Shown: positions 18,446 through 27,608 of the stretch, piece after piece
How the letters are laid out: every line of letters begins with the position of its first letter
Position numbering within the stretch: position 1 is the first letter of the stretch
Source of the DNA: an uncultured Lachnospiraceae bacterium
GTDB taxonomy: Bacteria > Bacillota > Clostridia > Lachnospirales > Lachnospiraceae
DNA: 46,171 nt
Assembly: GCA_946630825.1 (NCBI GenBank)
Contig: CAMOZG010000001.1
Location: 1 to 46,171, forward strand
Direction of reading: 5' to 3'
Notes under the pieces: model-generated
Seen by the model: the letters and a program-made list of their open reading frames with translations, nothing else
What the model was told of the DNA's origin: nothing
Database searches by the model: none
Translations under genes and position numbers: made by a program

Positions 18446-19006
18446 TCATACTGTATAGTCTGCTTTGCCTCCCACTCCTATGTCGTCTAAGATACCCTTG
18501 GCTGCCCTCTGGTAAGGATCATCCTTGGGGGTGGCAATGGTGGTATTGGTGACACCGCCGGAGACATAGGTCCTGCCGCACTCCGGACAGGTGGCGGTGT
18601 GTATGGCTACTCCGCAGTGGAGCACCCTGCCTCCTTCCATAGCTGCCTTTTTGTAGGCATTGCTCACATGCTCCCCCTCATGGGCTCTGACTGCCGCCCC
18701 TGCTGCATTGGGGGAAATATGGGTAGGAGCTTTAAAGGAAACCTCTTCATCAGAACCGTCCTGATATTTTCTCTCACGACAAGTCCTGCACTTTTCCGGC
18801 GAAGATTCAAAGCCGGGTCTGGCATTGGGATCCTTGCCCTCTACGGTACGACCGTCAGCCCGCAGATTTTCTACCTGCCCATCCACCATGGCGGTACCAA
18901 AGGCACCTCCTACAGTGGAAGCTGCACGTCCTCCGTCGGCTCCCCATCCTGATGAGAAGGCCGGCTTATATGCACTTAATGCTGCATTTATGCCGCCTAC
19001 ATTCAT
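18446..19006 (-). CDS. putative zinc metalloprotein with HExxH and two CxxC pairs (SprA-related / CJM1_0395-like family, from memory)
   Basis: 186 aa. Gly/Ala-rich N-terminal third, CRTC (73-76), VRAHEGEH (HExxH at 109-113), CPEC (140-143). AAGGAG lies upstream of the ATG. It has its own promoter and terminator. Confidence 0.6.
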   Translation of the reverse strand: MNVGGINAALSAYKPAFSSGWGADGGRAASTVGGAFGTAMVDGQVENLRADGRTVEGKDPNARPGFESSPEKCRTCRERKYQDGSDEEVSFKAPTHISPNAAGAAVRAHEGEHVSNAYKKAAMEGGRVLHCGVAIHTATCPECGRTYVSGGVTNTTIATPKDDPYQRAAKGILDDIGVGGKADYTV

Positions 19007-19038
19007 ACCCGATCTCCTTAAAAAAGTCTACCACCTTA

Positions 19039-19067
19039 ATTATACAACCTGATCCCGGATTCTTCAA
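19039..19067 (-). promoter_or_regulatory. SigA-type promoter for the HExxH-protein gene
   Basis: Minus strand reads TTGAAG - 17 nt - TATAAT. The -35 begins 3 nt after the GH25 stop codon. Confidence 0.55.
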
Positions 19068-19070
19068 CAG

Positions 19071-20966
19071 TTACCTTTTTATTTTAAGGCCTGTGGTATC
19101 GTAGTGGCTTATGTATTTTACGGAGTCCTTTACCCTGTAGGAGCGCACTGTGTAATAGTAGGTCTTGTTCTTTTTCACATCAGTATCCTTGTAGGCTGTT
19201 TTGCCGCCGTCTTCAATCATGGCAACCTTCTTCCAGGAGCCTGATTTTTTGGTCTTTCTGTAAATGATGTAGCCTGTTGCTTTTTCATTTTCCTCCCAGG
19301 TGATCTTGTTATAGCCCGACTTCTTTACAGCCTTTTTAAGCTCAGGAGCCAAAAGCTTGTAATAGTACAGACCGGCTGTATCCATGGAACTCCTGTAGTT
19401 TTTCTCACCCTTGGTGATATATGCCCGGACTGTATAATAGTAGTTCTTGCCGTTTTTGGATGCCACGGACTTGTCCTTGTACTCGGTGGTATCTCCATCT
19501 GTCACCTCGGCTATCTGCTCATAGCTGCCGTCTAATGAGGACTTCCGGTAGATATAGTATCCGCTTGCCTTTGCCACTTCATTCCATGAGATATACATAC
19601 CATAGGATTTGGCGGATATCGTATCAAGTCCCGGGGATGCCAGGCGATAATAGGAATCTCCCTCACTGTCCTTGGCACTCTTATAGCCCTCGTCACTGTA
19701 TGCCTTTACGGTATAGTAATAGCGCTTTCCTGCCTTTACATCCGTATCCTTATAGGTCACATTGGCTTTGCCCTCAATGGTGTCAAGCTTCTCCCAACTG
19801 TCGTCAGCAGAGGTCTTGCGGTACAGATAGTATCCGCTGGCTCCTGCCACCTTGCCCCAGGTCACCTTCATTCCCTTGGCGTAGTTTGCCACTGACTTTA
19901 TGGCAGGATCATTAAGTCTTAGGATAACCGATTTGGGTCCTGCCTCCGTAAAGCCGGAGCCTGTACGAAGCTTTATTTTGTAGTCATAGGTCACCCCTCC
20001 GTCAGCAAGCTCATCCAGATAGGTAAGGGTATCCGCATCCACCTGATCTATTTCCTCATAGGATTCATCCCCACCATCCTCTTTACGGTAGATATAGTAG
20101 GATGCCGCCTGGGGAGTCTGGTTCCACTGAAGCTTTATGCCACCTGTCGTATTAGTGGAGGTGGTTGTGCTTATGAGATCCATGCTGCCATACCAGTAGT
20201 TCATATCCACATTTCCCGAGATCCCTGCCACGGAACCCGTGGAGGAATACTGCCAGGTCTCATATCTGTGATAGTCCTGATATACAGCCCAGGATTTATT
20301 ATACTCCTCTACCAGCTCCTCATCTGCATAGGCGCAGTAGTCGGAATTATACTGGGCGACCCAGTGATAATGGTTATCGTTTTTGGCAAATTCATCCAGA
20401 TAGGCATACCAGTAATACAAGCTTGCATATATACCGCTTCTATATCCCGCATTGTCCATCTTCTTGCAAAACCGCTTTGCCAGCGCTGATATCTGGGAGG
20501 CGGAGCAGGCTTCTATCACCGACTTGTCCTCCATATCCAGATATATGGGAAGAGAGGGGGTGTGTCCCTTTAAAAGCCTCTTTATATGATTGACCTCCGA
20601 ATCTATCCTGTCGGAATTGGTGGCATAGGAATAGAGATACACTCCGTAGGGAATACCGTACTCCTCACAGGCACTCACATATTCCTCCCACTTTTCATCA
20701 TCCTGTTCGGTGGTATTGCTGCCATAGCCGCACCGTAAAATAACAAAGTCCACATTTTCTGCTGCCGCCACCTGCGCCCAGTCTATGTCTCCCTGATGTT
20801 TGCTTACGTCAATGCCCCTGTAGGTGTATTCCGGCTGGGATGCTGCAGTTACATTGTCGCTTTCATAAATATCATAATAAAAAGAAGCAGCTCCCTCTAT
20901 ACCGGTAACTGCTAATGCCATTGATAATACCGTCGTTATAAGGTATTTTATAAATTTGTTTTTCAT
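19071..20966 (-). CDS. secreted GH25 muramidase (lysozyme) with four C-terminal Fn3-like repeats
   Basis: 631 aa. Signal peptide MKNKFIKYLITTVLSMALAVTG. GH25 catalytic region GIDVSKHQGDIDWAQV...FVILRCGYG...IYLDME. Four ~90-aa repeats follow. The ATG overlaps the rpe TAA by 1 nt (TAATG, 20964-20968). Confidence 0.85.
   Translation of the reverse strand: MKNKFIKYLITTVLSMALAVTGIEGAASFYYDIYESDNVTAASQPEYTYRGIDVSKHQGDIDWAQVAAAENVDFVILRCGYGSNTTEQDDEKWEEYVSACEEYGIPYGVYLYSYATNSDRIDSEVNHIKRLLKGHTPSLPIYLDMEDKSVIEACSASQISALAKRFCKKMDNAGYRSGIYASLYYWYAYLDEFAKNDNHYHWVAQYNSDYCAYADEELVEEYNKSWAVYQDYHRYETWQYSSTGSVAGISGNVDMNYWYGSMDLISTTTSTNTTGGIKLQWNQTPQAASYYIYRKEDGGDESYEEIDQVDADTLTYLDELADGGVTYDYKIKLRTGSGFTEAGPKSVILRLNDPAIKSVANYAKGMKVTWGKVAGASGYYLYRKTSADDSWEKLDTIEGKANVTYKDTDVKAGKRYYYTVKAYSDEGYKSAKDSEGDSYYRLASPGLDTISAKSYGMYISWNEVAKASGYYIYRKSSLDGSYEQIAEVTDGDTTEYKDKSVASKNGKNYYYTVRAYITKGEKNYRSSMDTAGLYYYKLLAPELKKAVKKSGYNKITWEENEKATGYIIYRKTKKSGSWKKVAMIEDGGKTAYKDTDVKKNKTYYYTVRSYRVKDSVKYISHYDTTGLKIKR
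19074..20144 (-). repeat. four tandem ~270-nt (about 90-aa) coding repeats inside the GH25 gene
   Basis: Recurring protein pattern W(N/G)xV..A(S/T)GYxIYRK....W/Y..I..(V/I).....T.Y.D..V...K.YYYTV(K/R)(A/S)Y, seen four times. The first copy is the most diverged (YDYKIKL). DNA-level identity is low, so the repeats are old rather than recent duplications. Confidence 0.6.
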
Positions 20967-21613
20967 TACATAACCTCTAAAAATTTCCTCACATTTTCAC
21001 CGATATCACCATTGAAAACTGCTGATCCGGCTACTAATATATTCGCTCCGGCGGCTAAAATTTCCGGGGTATTATCCACACAAACTCCCCCATCCACTTC
21101 CACATCAGTCTTAAGGCCCTTTTTTTCAAGGATCCTTGAAAGGGCTTCTAACTTGTCCAAAACATAGCCTATGAATTTCTGTCCGCCGTATCCAGGGTTT
21201 ACGGACATAAGAAGCACCATGTCCACCTCCGGCAGTATATACTCCAGCTCCGAAAGAGGTGTGGCGGGATTAAGAGCCACCCCTGCCATGATCCCCTGGG
21301 ATTTGATCAGGTCAATGCAATGATCCAGATGGTTGGTTGCCTCTGCGTGAACGGTTATGATATCCGCACCGGCTTTGGCATAGTCTAAGATAAAACGCTC
21401 CGGTGACTCCACCATCATATGTACATCCAGTATCCTCTCTGTCAGGGGACGCACACATTCTAAAACCGGCAGCCCGAAGGATATATTTGACACAAAGTGT
21501 CCGTCCATTACATCAAAATGGAGGTACTGTGCCCCTGCATCATCAACTGCAGTCACTGCCTCTGCAAGTTTTCCAAAATCCGCTGCCAATATCGAAGGTG
21601 CCAAGCAATTCAT
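20966..21613 (-). CDS. rpe: ribulose-phosphate 3-epimerase
   Basis: 215 aa. PSILAADF, HFDVMDGHFV, DVHMMV, MSVNPGYGGQKF, VDGG. Confidence 0.95.
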   Translation of the reverse strand: MNCLAPSILAADFGKLAEAVTAVDDAGAQYLHFDVMDGHFVSNISFGLPVLECVRPLTERILDVHMMVESPERFILDYAKAGADIITVHAEATNHLDHCIDLIKSQGIMAGVALNPATPLSELEYILPEVDMVLLMSVNPGYGGQKFIGYVLDKLEALSRILEKKGLKTDVEVDGGVCVDNTPEILAAGANILVAGSAVFNGDIGENVRKFLEVM

Positions 21614-21631
21614 ATCCTTATCCTCTATCTT

Positions 21632-22504
21632 TTAATACTTCTTCTGATCTTTGATCTCGCTATACAATCTGACATAGTGGTCATACCGTTCAGGATCCAT
21701 GTGCTCCTTTACGGCACAACCAGCTTCTCCCACGTGGGCACAGCCCGAAAACCTGCAATCGGCTTTCCACTCTCTTATCTCCGGGAAATTATCTCCCAGC
21801 TCCTCCGGTTCTATATGGGAAAATTCCACAGCTCCGAATCCGGGGGTATCCATAATATATCCCGCTGCCCCGGGCACATATAAAAGTTCCGAGTGTCTGG
21901 TGGTCTGACGGCCGCTCATGTGCTTTTTCATCAGATCCCCGGTCTCCATTACCACCTCATCCTGAATAAGGTTTATCAGTGAGGATTTTCCCACTCCCGA
22001 GGGACCTGCCACGGCAGTGACCTTTCCTCTTAAAACCTCTATCAGATCCTCACGACCCTCTCCGGTCCGTGCTGAGGTCTCTATCACTCTGTAGCCGATA
22101 TCTCTGTACCGTGATACTAAAACCCCTGCCTCGTTTTCATCCTCCTGCATAAGATCCGTTTTATTGATGCAAAGTATGATCTCCACTCCCTGGCTTTCCA
22201 TCCAGACTAAAAACCGGTCTAAAAGTCCCGTGTTTATATTGGGATTTTTGATGGCAAAGATCACCAGTGCCTGATCCACATTTGCCACAGGGGGACGGAT
22301 AAGCATGTTTTTTCTTTCCCTTATCTCTTCTATCTGTCCCTCCATATCACCCTCATGGGTAATGGATATAGAGACATTGTCCCCGGTAAGGGGCTTGATC
22401 CCCTGCTTTCTGAATATCCCCTTGGGACGGCATTCGTATACTCCGATCCCGGTGTCCACATAGTAGAAACCCGCCAGACTTTTTATGATACGTCCCTCTG
22501 TCAT
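21632..22504 (-). CDS. rsgA: ribosome small-subunit-dependent GTPase A
   Basis: 290 aa. OB-fold N-terminus (GRIIKSLAGFYYV), circularly permuted GTPase motifs (NKTDL ... GPSGVGKSSLIN) and a C-terminal zinc-finger region (CRFSGCAHVGEAGCAV). ATGA overlap with the prkC stop. Confidence 0.93.
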   Translation of the reverse strand: MTEGRIIKSLAGFYYVDTGIGVYECRPKGIFRKQGIKPLTGDNVSISITHEGDMEGQIEEIRERKNMLIRPPVANVDQALVIFAIKNPNINTGLLDRFLVWMESQGVEIILCINKTDLMQEDENEAGVLVSRYRDIGYRVIETSARTGEGREDLIEVLRGKVTAVAGPSGVGKSSLINLIQDEVVMETGDLMKKHMSGRQTTRHSELLYVPGAAGYIMDTPGFGAVEFSHIEPEELGDNFPEIREWKADCRFSGCAHVGEAGCAVKEHMDPERYDHYVRLYSEIKDQKKY

Positions 22505-24537
22505 TGCTTTTTAAATTTCACCGATCCGGAGCTTATCTCCTCTGATCTGCTGGAGTCCACGTAGTAGGTAAGGGTTCCCGTCTCTGTAGTCATGCCCGAG
22601 GCACTGCAGGTATCCCCGTCATCCACTGAGCCCTTGTACTGCTCATTGCCGGAGGCATCCGTCAGCACCACATAGGCGGAATCGTATTCACCCAGATCCA
22701 CATCCCAGGTGTACTTGTAGTACACTGACTCGGCACCCTTTGAAATAACCACAGATACAGAGCTTCCTATATCCACATAGCTGCCGGAGGCAGTGCTCTG
22801 GGAGATCACAAGTCCCTCTGCCACACTGTCGGAATACTCCGAGGTCACATTGCCCAAAGTCAGTCCCACATCAGAAAGAGCCGTGGAGGCATCCTGCTGG
22901 GTCTTTCCTGTCAGGGTGGGAACCTTTACGGATTCCACTCCCTGGCTTACAAGGATGGTTACGGTATCTCCCTCCTTGCCCTTGGAGGCTGCATCAGGAG
23001 TCTGGGAAATTACCTTGCCCTGCTCCACTTCCTTGCTGTGCTCATAGGTCACATTGACCTGGAATCCGGCTCCGTTAAGTGCGGATTTGGCATTGGCTTC
23101 ATCCTGCCCCTTTACATCCGGGATCTCTATTTCTCCCTTTCCTGAGGAAAGAGTCACCTCTACGGTGGTATTTTTCTCAACCGTGCTTCCGGCTGCCACG
23201 GACTGTTCTATGATCTGTCCCTCTTCGTAGTCTTCCGAAGAAGCCTCTCCTGTCTTGTGATAGCCCAGACCCAGCTCCCTTAAGGCAAGCTTTGCCTCAT
23301 CCTCTGTCATTCCCAAAAGATCGGGCATCTCTATGTCGCCGGTCTCCTCTGTGGTCTCCTGCTCAACCTGGGGTTCCTCTGTGGTCTCTTCTGCGGTCTT
23401 TTTTCCAAAGTGGAAAAGCCCGAAAAAGCTGCCCACCAGATATATCACCAGCACCACTATCACTACAGCCGCAGCTATTCCCATGATGCGGATCGCCTTG
23501 TCCATCTTGGGATTTATGAGTCCGTCGTCATCCTCATCATCCTCTTCGTCTATCACAGGCTCCGGACGTCTAACATTGTTATTGGTCTTTGGTGTCTTTT
23601 TTACAGGCTCGTCATTTATGATCCCTGCCTGCTCCTGTATCTTTTTGACCTCATCATCTGTAATGACTCTGGTTTTTTCCGCCTCATCCCCGTCGGGTAT
23701 GGTGACAAAATCCTCCTCGGGATTGACCAATGCGCGCTTTAAGTCACTTAGCATATCCTCCATAGAACCGTATCTGCGATCCTGGTTTTTCTGAGTGGCT
23801 TTTAAGATGATCTTTTCCACGGATATGGGCAGATCCGGTGCATACTTTCCGGGAGGCACCATCTCCCCCTGAAGATGTTGCAGTGCAATCGCCACTGTGG
23901 TATCACCGTCAAAGGGCACCCGTCCCGTGCACATCTCATACATGACTATACCTAAGGAATAGATGTCACTCTGGTATGTAACATAGCCGTTTCTCGCCTG
24001 CTCCGGTGATGAGTAATGAACCGATCCCATGATATCCGCATTGATGGTATTGGAGGTGGCAGCTCTGGCTATACCGAAGTCTGTAACCTTGACCTTGCCC
24101 TCCTTGGAAATGATTATATTCTGGGGCTTTATATCCCGGTGTACTATCTCCTTTTTATGTGCCGCTTCTATACCTCTGCCCACCTGGATTGCAATGGAAA
24201 TGACCTCATTGTAGGTAAGCTGGCCTTTTTTGGAAATATAGGTCTTGAGGGTGATGCCCTCCACGTACTCCATTACGATATAGTACATGCCGTTTTCGGC
24301 GCCCACATCATAAATATTTACTATATTGGGATGCTCAAGTCCTGCTGCAGCCTGAGCCTCCTGACGGAATTTGGAGACAAAGCCGGAATCCTGCGCATAT
24401 TCTGATTTTAAAACCTTGACTGCAACCTCCCGTCCCAGTGAGTGATCCATGGCTTTATATACATCACTCATGCCGCCGGCACCTACTTTTTCAAGTATCT
24501 CATATCTGTCAGCAAGGTAAGTTCCATTTTCTAACAT
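22501..24537 (-). CDS. prkC: PASTA-domain Ser/Thr protein kinase
   Basis: Complete Hanks kinase domain (GAGGMSDVY, VAVKVL, HRDIKPQN, DFG, SPEQ), acidic linker, one TM helix, three PASTA repeats and a C-terminal beta-rich domain. I prefer the start at 24537 (MLENGTY), which has GGGAGGAG 7 nt upstream. The ORF-track start is 24558. Confidence 0.93.
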   Translation of the reverse strand: MLENGTYLADRYEILEKVGAGGMSDVYKAMDHSLGREVAVKVLKSEYAQDSGFVSKFRQEAQAAAGLEHPNIVNIYDVGAENGMYYIVMEYVEGITLKTYISKKGQLTYNEVISIAIQVGRGIEAAHKKEIVHRDIKPQNIIISKEGKVKVTDFGIARAATSNTINADIMGSVHYSSPEQARNGYVTYQSDIYSLGIVMYEMCTGRVPFDGDTTVAIALQHLQGEMVPPGKYAPDLPISVEKIILKATQKNQDRRYGSMEDMLSDLKRALVNPEEDFVTIPDGDEAEKTRVITDDEVKKIQEQAGIINDEPVKKTPKTNNNVRRPEPVIDEEDDEDDDGLINPKMDKAIRIMGIAAAVVIVVLVIYLVGSFFGLFHFGKKTAEETTEEPQVEQETTEETGDIEMPDLLGMTEDEAKLALRELGLGYHKTGEASSEDYEEGQIIEQSVAAGSTVEKNTTVEVTLSSGKGEIEIPDVKGQDEANAKSALNGAGFQVNVTYEHSKEVEQGKVISQTPDAASKGKEGDTVTILVSQGVESVKVPTLTGKTQQDASTALSDVGLTLGNVTSEYSDSVAEGLVISQSTASGSYVDIGSSVSVVISKGAESVYYKYTWDVDLGEYDSAYVVLTDASGNEQYKGSVDDGDTCSASGMTTETGTLTYYVDSSRSEEISSGSVKFKKQ

Positions 24538-24538
24538 C

Positions 24539-25291
24539 TCACATCTCCTCCCGAACATCTATCAAAAGCAGAGTAACATTGTCCCTGCCACCGTTTTTCA
24601 AAGCCATATCCAAAAGACTCAGCGCCTTTTGCTTAACCTTACTTTCACCTGCCAGGACTTTTTCTATGTCCTCATCACTGACCATATTGGAAAGACCGTC
24701 TGTACACATGAGCACCTGGTCGATATCCTCATAGGCAACATCAAATATGTCCACCCTTACCTCCGGCTCTGCCCCTACAGCTCTGGTTATAACGTGCTTT
24801 TTCTCCCGGGCGATCTCGGAGTCTTTGTCCAGATTTCCGCTGCTTATAAGCTCCTGCACCACGGAATGATCCCGGGTGATCTGGGTCAGGATACCGTTTT
24901 TCATCACATAAAGACGCGAGTCTCCCACATTTGCCACATACAGATGTCCGTCATAAAAAGTGGCTGCCACCATGGTAGTCCCCATGCCAAGCTTGGTGAT
25001 ATCCTTTTGAGCCATATCGTATATCCCGGCATTGGCAGCGTTAATGGCTGATTCCAGCACCGGCACCGGCTCCTTTTTCTCTTTTTTTCTGATCTCATCA
25101 AGGACGATCTGTACCGCATGTTCGGAAGCAAATTCACCTGCCAGATGGCCGCCCATCCCGTCAGCGATGACAAAAAGATTGTTAAGCGCTCCCGTGCCGG
25201 TGTCAGATGCAAATACATAGTCCTGATTGGACTCTCTTATTCTGCCCTTGTCTGTGATAGCAAAAAATAACATAGCTATCCATTCCTCCAA
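24539..25291 (-). CDS. stp: PP2C-family Ser/Thr phosphatase (Stp1/PrpC type)
   Basis: 250 aa. RESNQD, IADGMGGH, NVGDSR, LMCTDGL, GGRDN motifs. Conserved position upstream of prkC. Confidence 0.92.
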   Translation of the reverse strand: MEEWIAMLFFAITDKGRIRESNQDYVFASDTGTGALNNLFVIADGMGGHLAGEFASEHAVQIVLDEIRKKEKKEPVPVLESAINAANAGIYDMAQKDITKLGMGTTMVAATFYDGHLYVANVGDSRLYVMKNGILTQITRDHSVVQELISSGNLDKDSEIAREKKHVITRAVGAEPEVRVDIFDVAYEDIDQVLMCTDGLSNMVSDEDIEKVLAGESKVKQKALSLLDMALKNGGRDNVTLLLIDVREEM

Positions 25292-25313
25292 AATTCATAA
25301 GCTGAATATATAT

Positions 25314-26369
25314 CTACAGCTTTACGTCATAGTGCCTTCTAAGTTGTCCGCATGCACCGTCTATGTCGGCACCCATGCTTCTTCTAATAGTAACATTTAT
25401 TCCATTTTTTTCAAGTTTATGTTGAAAATCCCGGGCTGCCTTCATATCAGGAGGCTCGTAGTCCCGCTCCGATATGGGGTTTATGGGTATCAGATTTAAG
25501 TGGGCATTTTTCCCTGCCAAAAGTCCCAAAAGCCCATCCACATCCTCATCTCCGTCATTGACTCCGGCGATCAGGCTGTACTCATAGGACATCCTGCGGC
25601 CTGTCATTTCAAAGTAATAGTCACAGGCTTCCATCACCTCATCCAAAGGATAGGTGGAGGCTATGGGCATGAGCTTCTCCCTTTTTTCCTGGGATGAAGC
25701 ATGGAGAGAAAGAGCCAGGGTCAAGCCCAGCTTAAGGTCTGCCAGCTCGTATATCCTCGGCACTATGCCGCAGGTGGAGACCGTAATATTTCTGATGCTC
25801 AGATTCTGTCCCCGGTCACTGGTGATGATATTTAAAAAGGTCAAAAGGTTTTTAAAATTGTCCAAAGGCTCCCCTGTACCCATTATCACCACATGATCTA
25901 TCCTCGGTTCCTCGTCACCTTTTTTTTCAGCCAAAAGATCCCGCCTCATGGCATAGATCTGTTCTAACATCTCACCGGGCAGCAGATTCCTGATCCTGCC
26001 TCCTATACCCGAAGCGCAGAAACGACAGCCCATCCTGCAGCCCACCTGGGAGGAGATACATGCTGTGATGCCGTAGTCATGCCTCATAAGCACACTCTCC
26101 ACCATATGGTTATCACTGAGTCTGAAAAGGTACTTGCAGGTGCCATCCTCCTTTGACCTCTGCCTCACCTCCGCCCTTAAGGTGGTCATCTCGCATTCAG
26201 AAGCAAGCTTTTCCTTAAAGGATCTGGACAGATTGGTCATCTCATCATATGAAGCTTTTGTATGTACATGAAGCCACTCATAAAGCTGTCTGGCACGATA
26301 GGGCTTTTCCCCCATGCCAATGACCTGCTCTATAAGCTCCTCATAGGTCAACGATCTTATATCAATCAC
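25314..26369 (-). CDS. rlmN: 23S rRNA/tRNA (adenine-C2)-methyltransferase, radical SAM
   Basis: 351 aa. YRARQLYEWL, CRMGCRFCASG radical-SAM cluster, MGTGEPLDN, C-terminal ACGQL. Confidence 0.95.
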   Translation of the reverse strand: MIDIRSLTYEELIEQVIGMGEKPYRARQLYEWLHVHTKASYDEMTNLSRSFKEKLASECEMTTLRAEVRQRSKEDGTCKYLFRLSDNHMVESVLMRHDYGITACISSQVGCRMGCRFCASGIGGRIRNLLPGEMLEQIYAMRRDLLAEKKGDEEPRIDHVVIMGTGEPLDNFKNLLTFLNIITSDRGQNLSIRNITVSTCGIVPRIYELADLKLGLTLALSLHASSQEKREKLMPIASTYPLDEVMEACDYYFEMTGRRMSYEYSLIAGVNDGDEDVDGLLGLLAGKNAHLNLIPINPISERDYEPPDMKAARDFQHKLEKNGINVTIRRSMGADIDGACGQLRRHYDVKL

Positions 26370-27603
26370 GATTTATCACCGCCACAAAAAATCCGTCATG
26401 TCCGCCTGCCTCGGGCATGATCTGTCTTTTTGTCCTTAATTTAAACTGCGGGTGCTCCCGCAAAAAGCTGTTTGTGACCCCTTCGTTTTCCTCCCCGGTA
26501 ATGGTGCAGGTGGAGTATATCAGTGTGCCCCCCTCTTTTACATATTCGCACACCACCGAAAGTATCTTTTTCTGAAGCTCCGCCAGACTTTTTATATCCG
26601 AAGGCTCAAGCCTGTATCTTATCTCCGGCTTTTTGGAAAGGATCCCAAGCCCGGAGCAGGGCAGATCCGCTATCACCGCATCATAGGATCGGATCGCCGA
26701 CTCATCAGCTATGGTGGCATCCCATTTTTTGGTATGCACCGTCTCAGACATTCCCATGCGCCGGATGTTTTCTTCTATTTTGCGAAGCTTGCTGTCGGAT
26801 ACATCCCTTGACTCAACAAAGGCTCCCATTTTTGCCGCCAAAAGGGATTTGCCTCCCGGTGCCGCACACACATCCAGCACCTTATCCCCTGCCTTTATGC
26901 CTGACATAAGTACAGGCTGCATGGAGGACTCATCCTGGACATAAAACTCCCCCTGCAAAAACCCCTCCATATCCTCTATGCTGCCGCCGGGGTCAGCTAT
27001 GGTGCGTATCTCCATGGGATCAGTATTGGTCCATATGGTAATGGGGGAGGGCTTTGAAAACCCACGGCAGATGGTGGCACATTCTTCCTCTCCGAAGTCC
27101 CTTGTCCACATTTCAATTATCCACAAGGGGATGCTGTATCTCAGGGAATATTCATTCACATCCCGGGCTGATGATATCAGCTTTTCCATGGCAGGCTTTT
27201 CATCCCTGCCATCCCTTAGCACCGATCTTAGGACCCCGTTTACAAAGCCGGACAGATTCCCCAGCTTTTTTTTCTTGGCAAGCAAAACTGCCTCGGATAC
27301 TATGGCATGATCCGGCACACCATCCATGTAGTATATCTGGTAAACCGAAAGCCGAAGGATCGCCAGTATCACCGGCTTTATCTTTTTAAAGGGCACTGAT
27401 GAGTAGCTTTTTATCACCTCATCCAAGAAAATCAGTCTCTCCTCTGTGCCGAAACAAAGGCGCGTCAAAAAAGCGCGCCCCCGTCTGTCCATATCTTTAT
27501 ATTCCGACATTGCTTCATCAAGTGTGGGACCTAAGTATGCATCCTGCCTCCACACCTTAAGCATAGTCTCCAGCGCCACCCGGCGCAGATCGATCTCACT
27601 CAT
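26362..27603 (-). CDS. rsmB: 16S rRNA (cytosine-C5)-methyltransferase RsmB/Sun
   Basis: 413 aa. NusB-like N-terminal domain, SAM site DVCAAPGGK, catalytic DLPCSGLG and TCT motifs. Confidence 0.9.
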   Translation of the reverse strand: MSEIDLRRVALETMLKVWRQDAYLGPTLDEAMSEYKDMDRRGRAFLTRLCFGTEERLIFLDEVIKSYSSVPFKKIKPVILAILRLSVYQIYYMDGVPDHAIVSEAVLLAKKKKLGNLSGFVNGVLRSVLRDGRDEKPAMEKLISSARDVNEYSLRYSIPLWIIEMWTRDFGEEECATICRGFSKPSPITIWTNTDPMEIRTIADPGGSIEDMEGFLQGEFYVQDESSMQPVLMSGIKAGDKVLDVCAAPGGKSLLAAKMGAFVESRDVSDSKLRKIEENIRRMGMSETVHTKKWDATIADESAIRSYDAVIADLPCSGLGILSKKPEIRYRLEPSDIKSLAELQKKILSVVCEYVKEGGTLIYSTCTITGEENEGVTNSFLREHPQFKLRTKRQIMPEAGGHDGFFVAVINRD

Positions 27604-27608
27604 AAAAT

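Noticed and set aside
23480-23620. Low-complexity acidic stretch (EEDDEDDDG) and Lys/Pro-rich linker in prkC that look repeat-like at the DNA level.
   Set aside because: This is a typical disordered juxtamembrane linker of PASTA kinases. It is in frame and uninterrupted, with no sign of slippage-prone perfect repeats.
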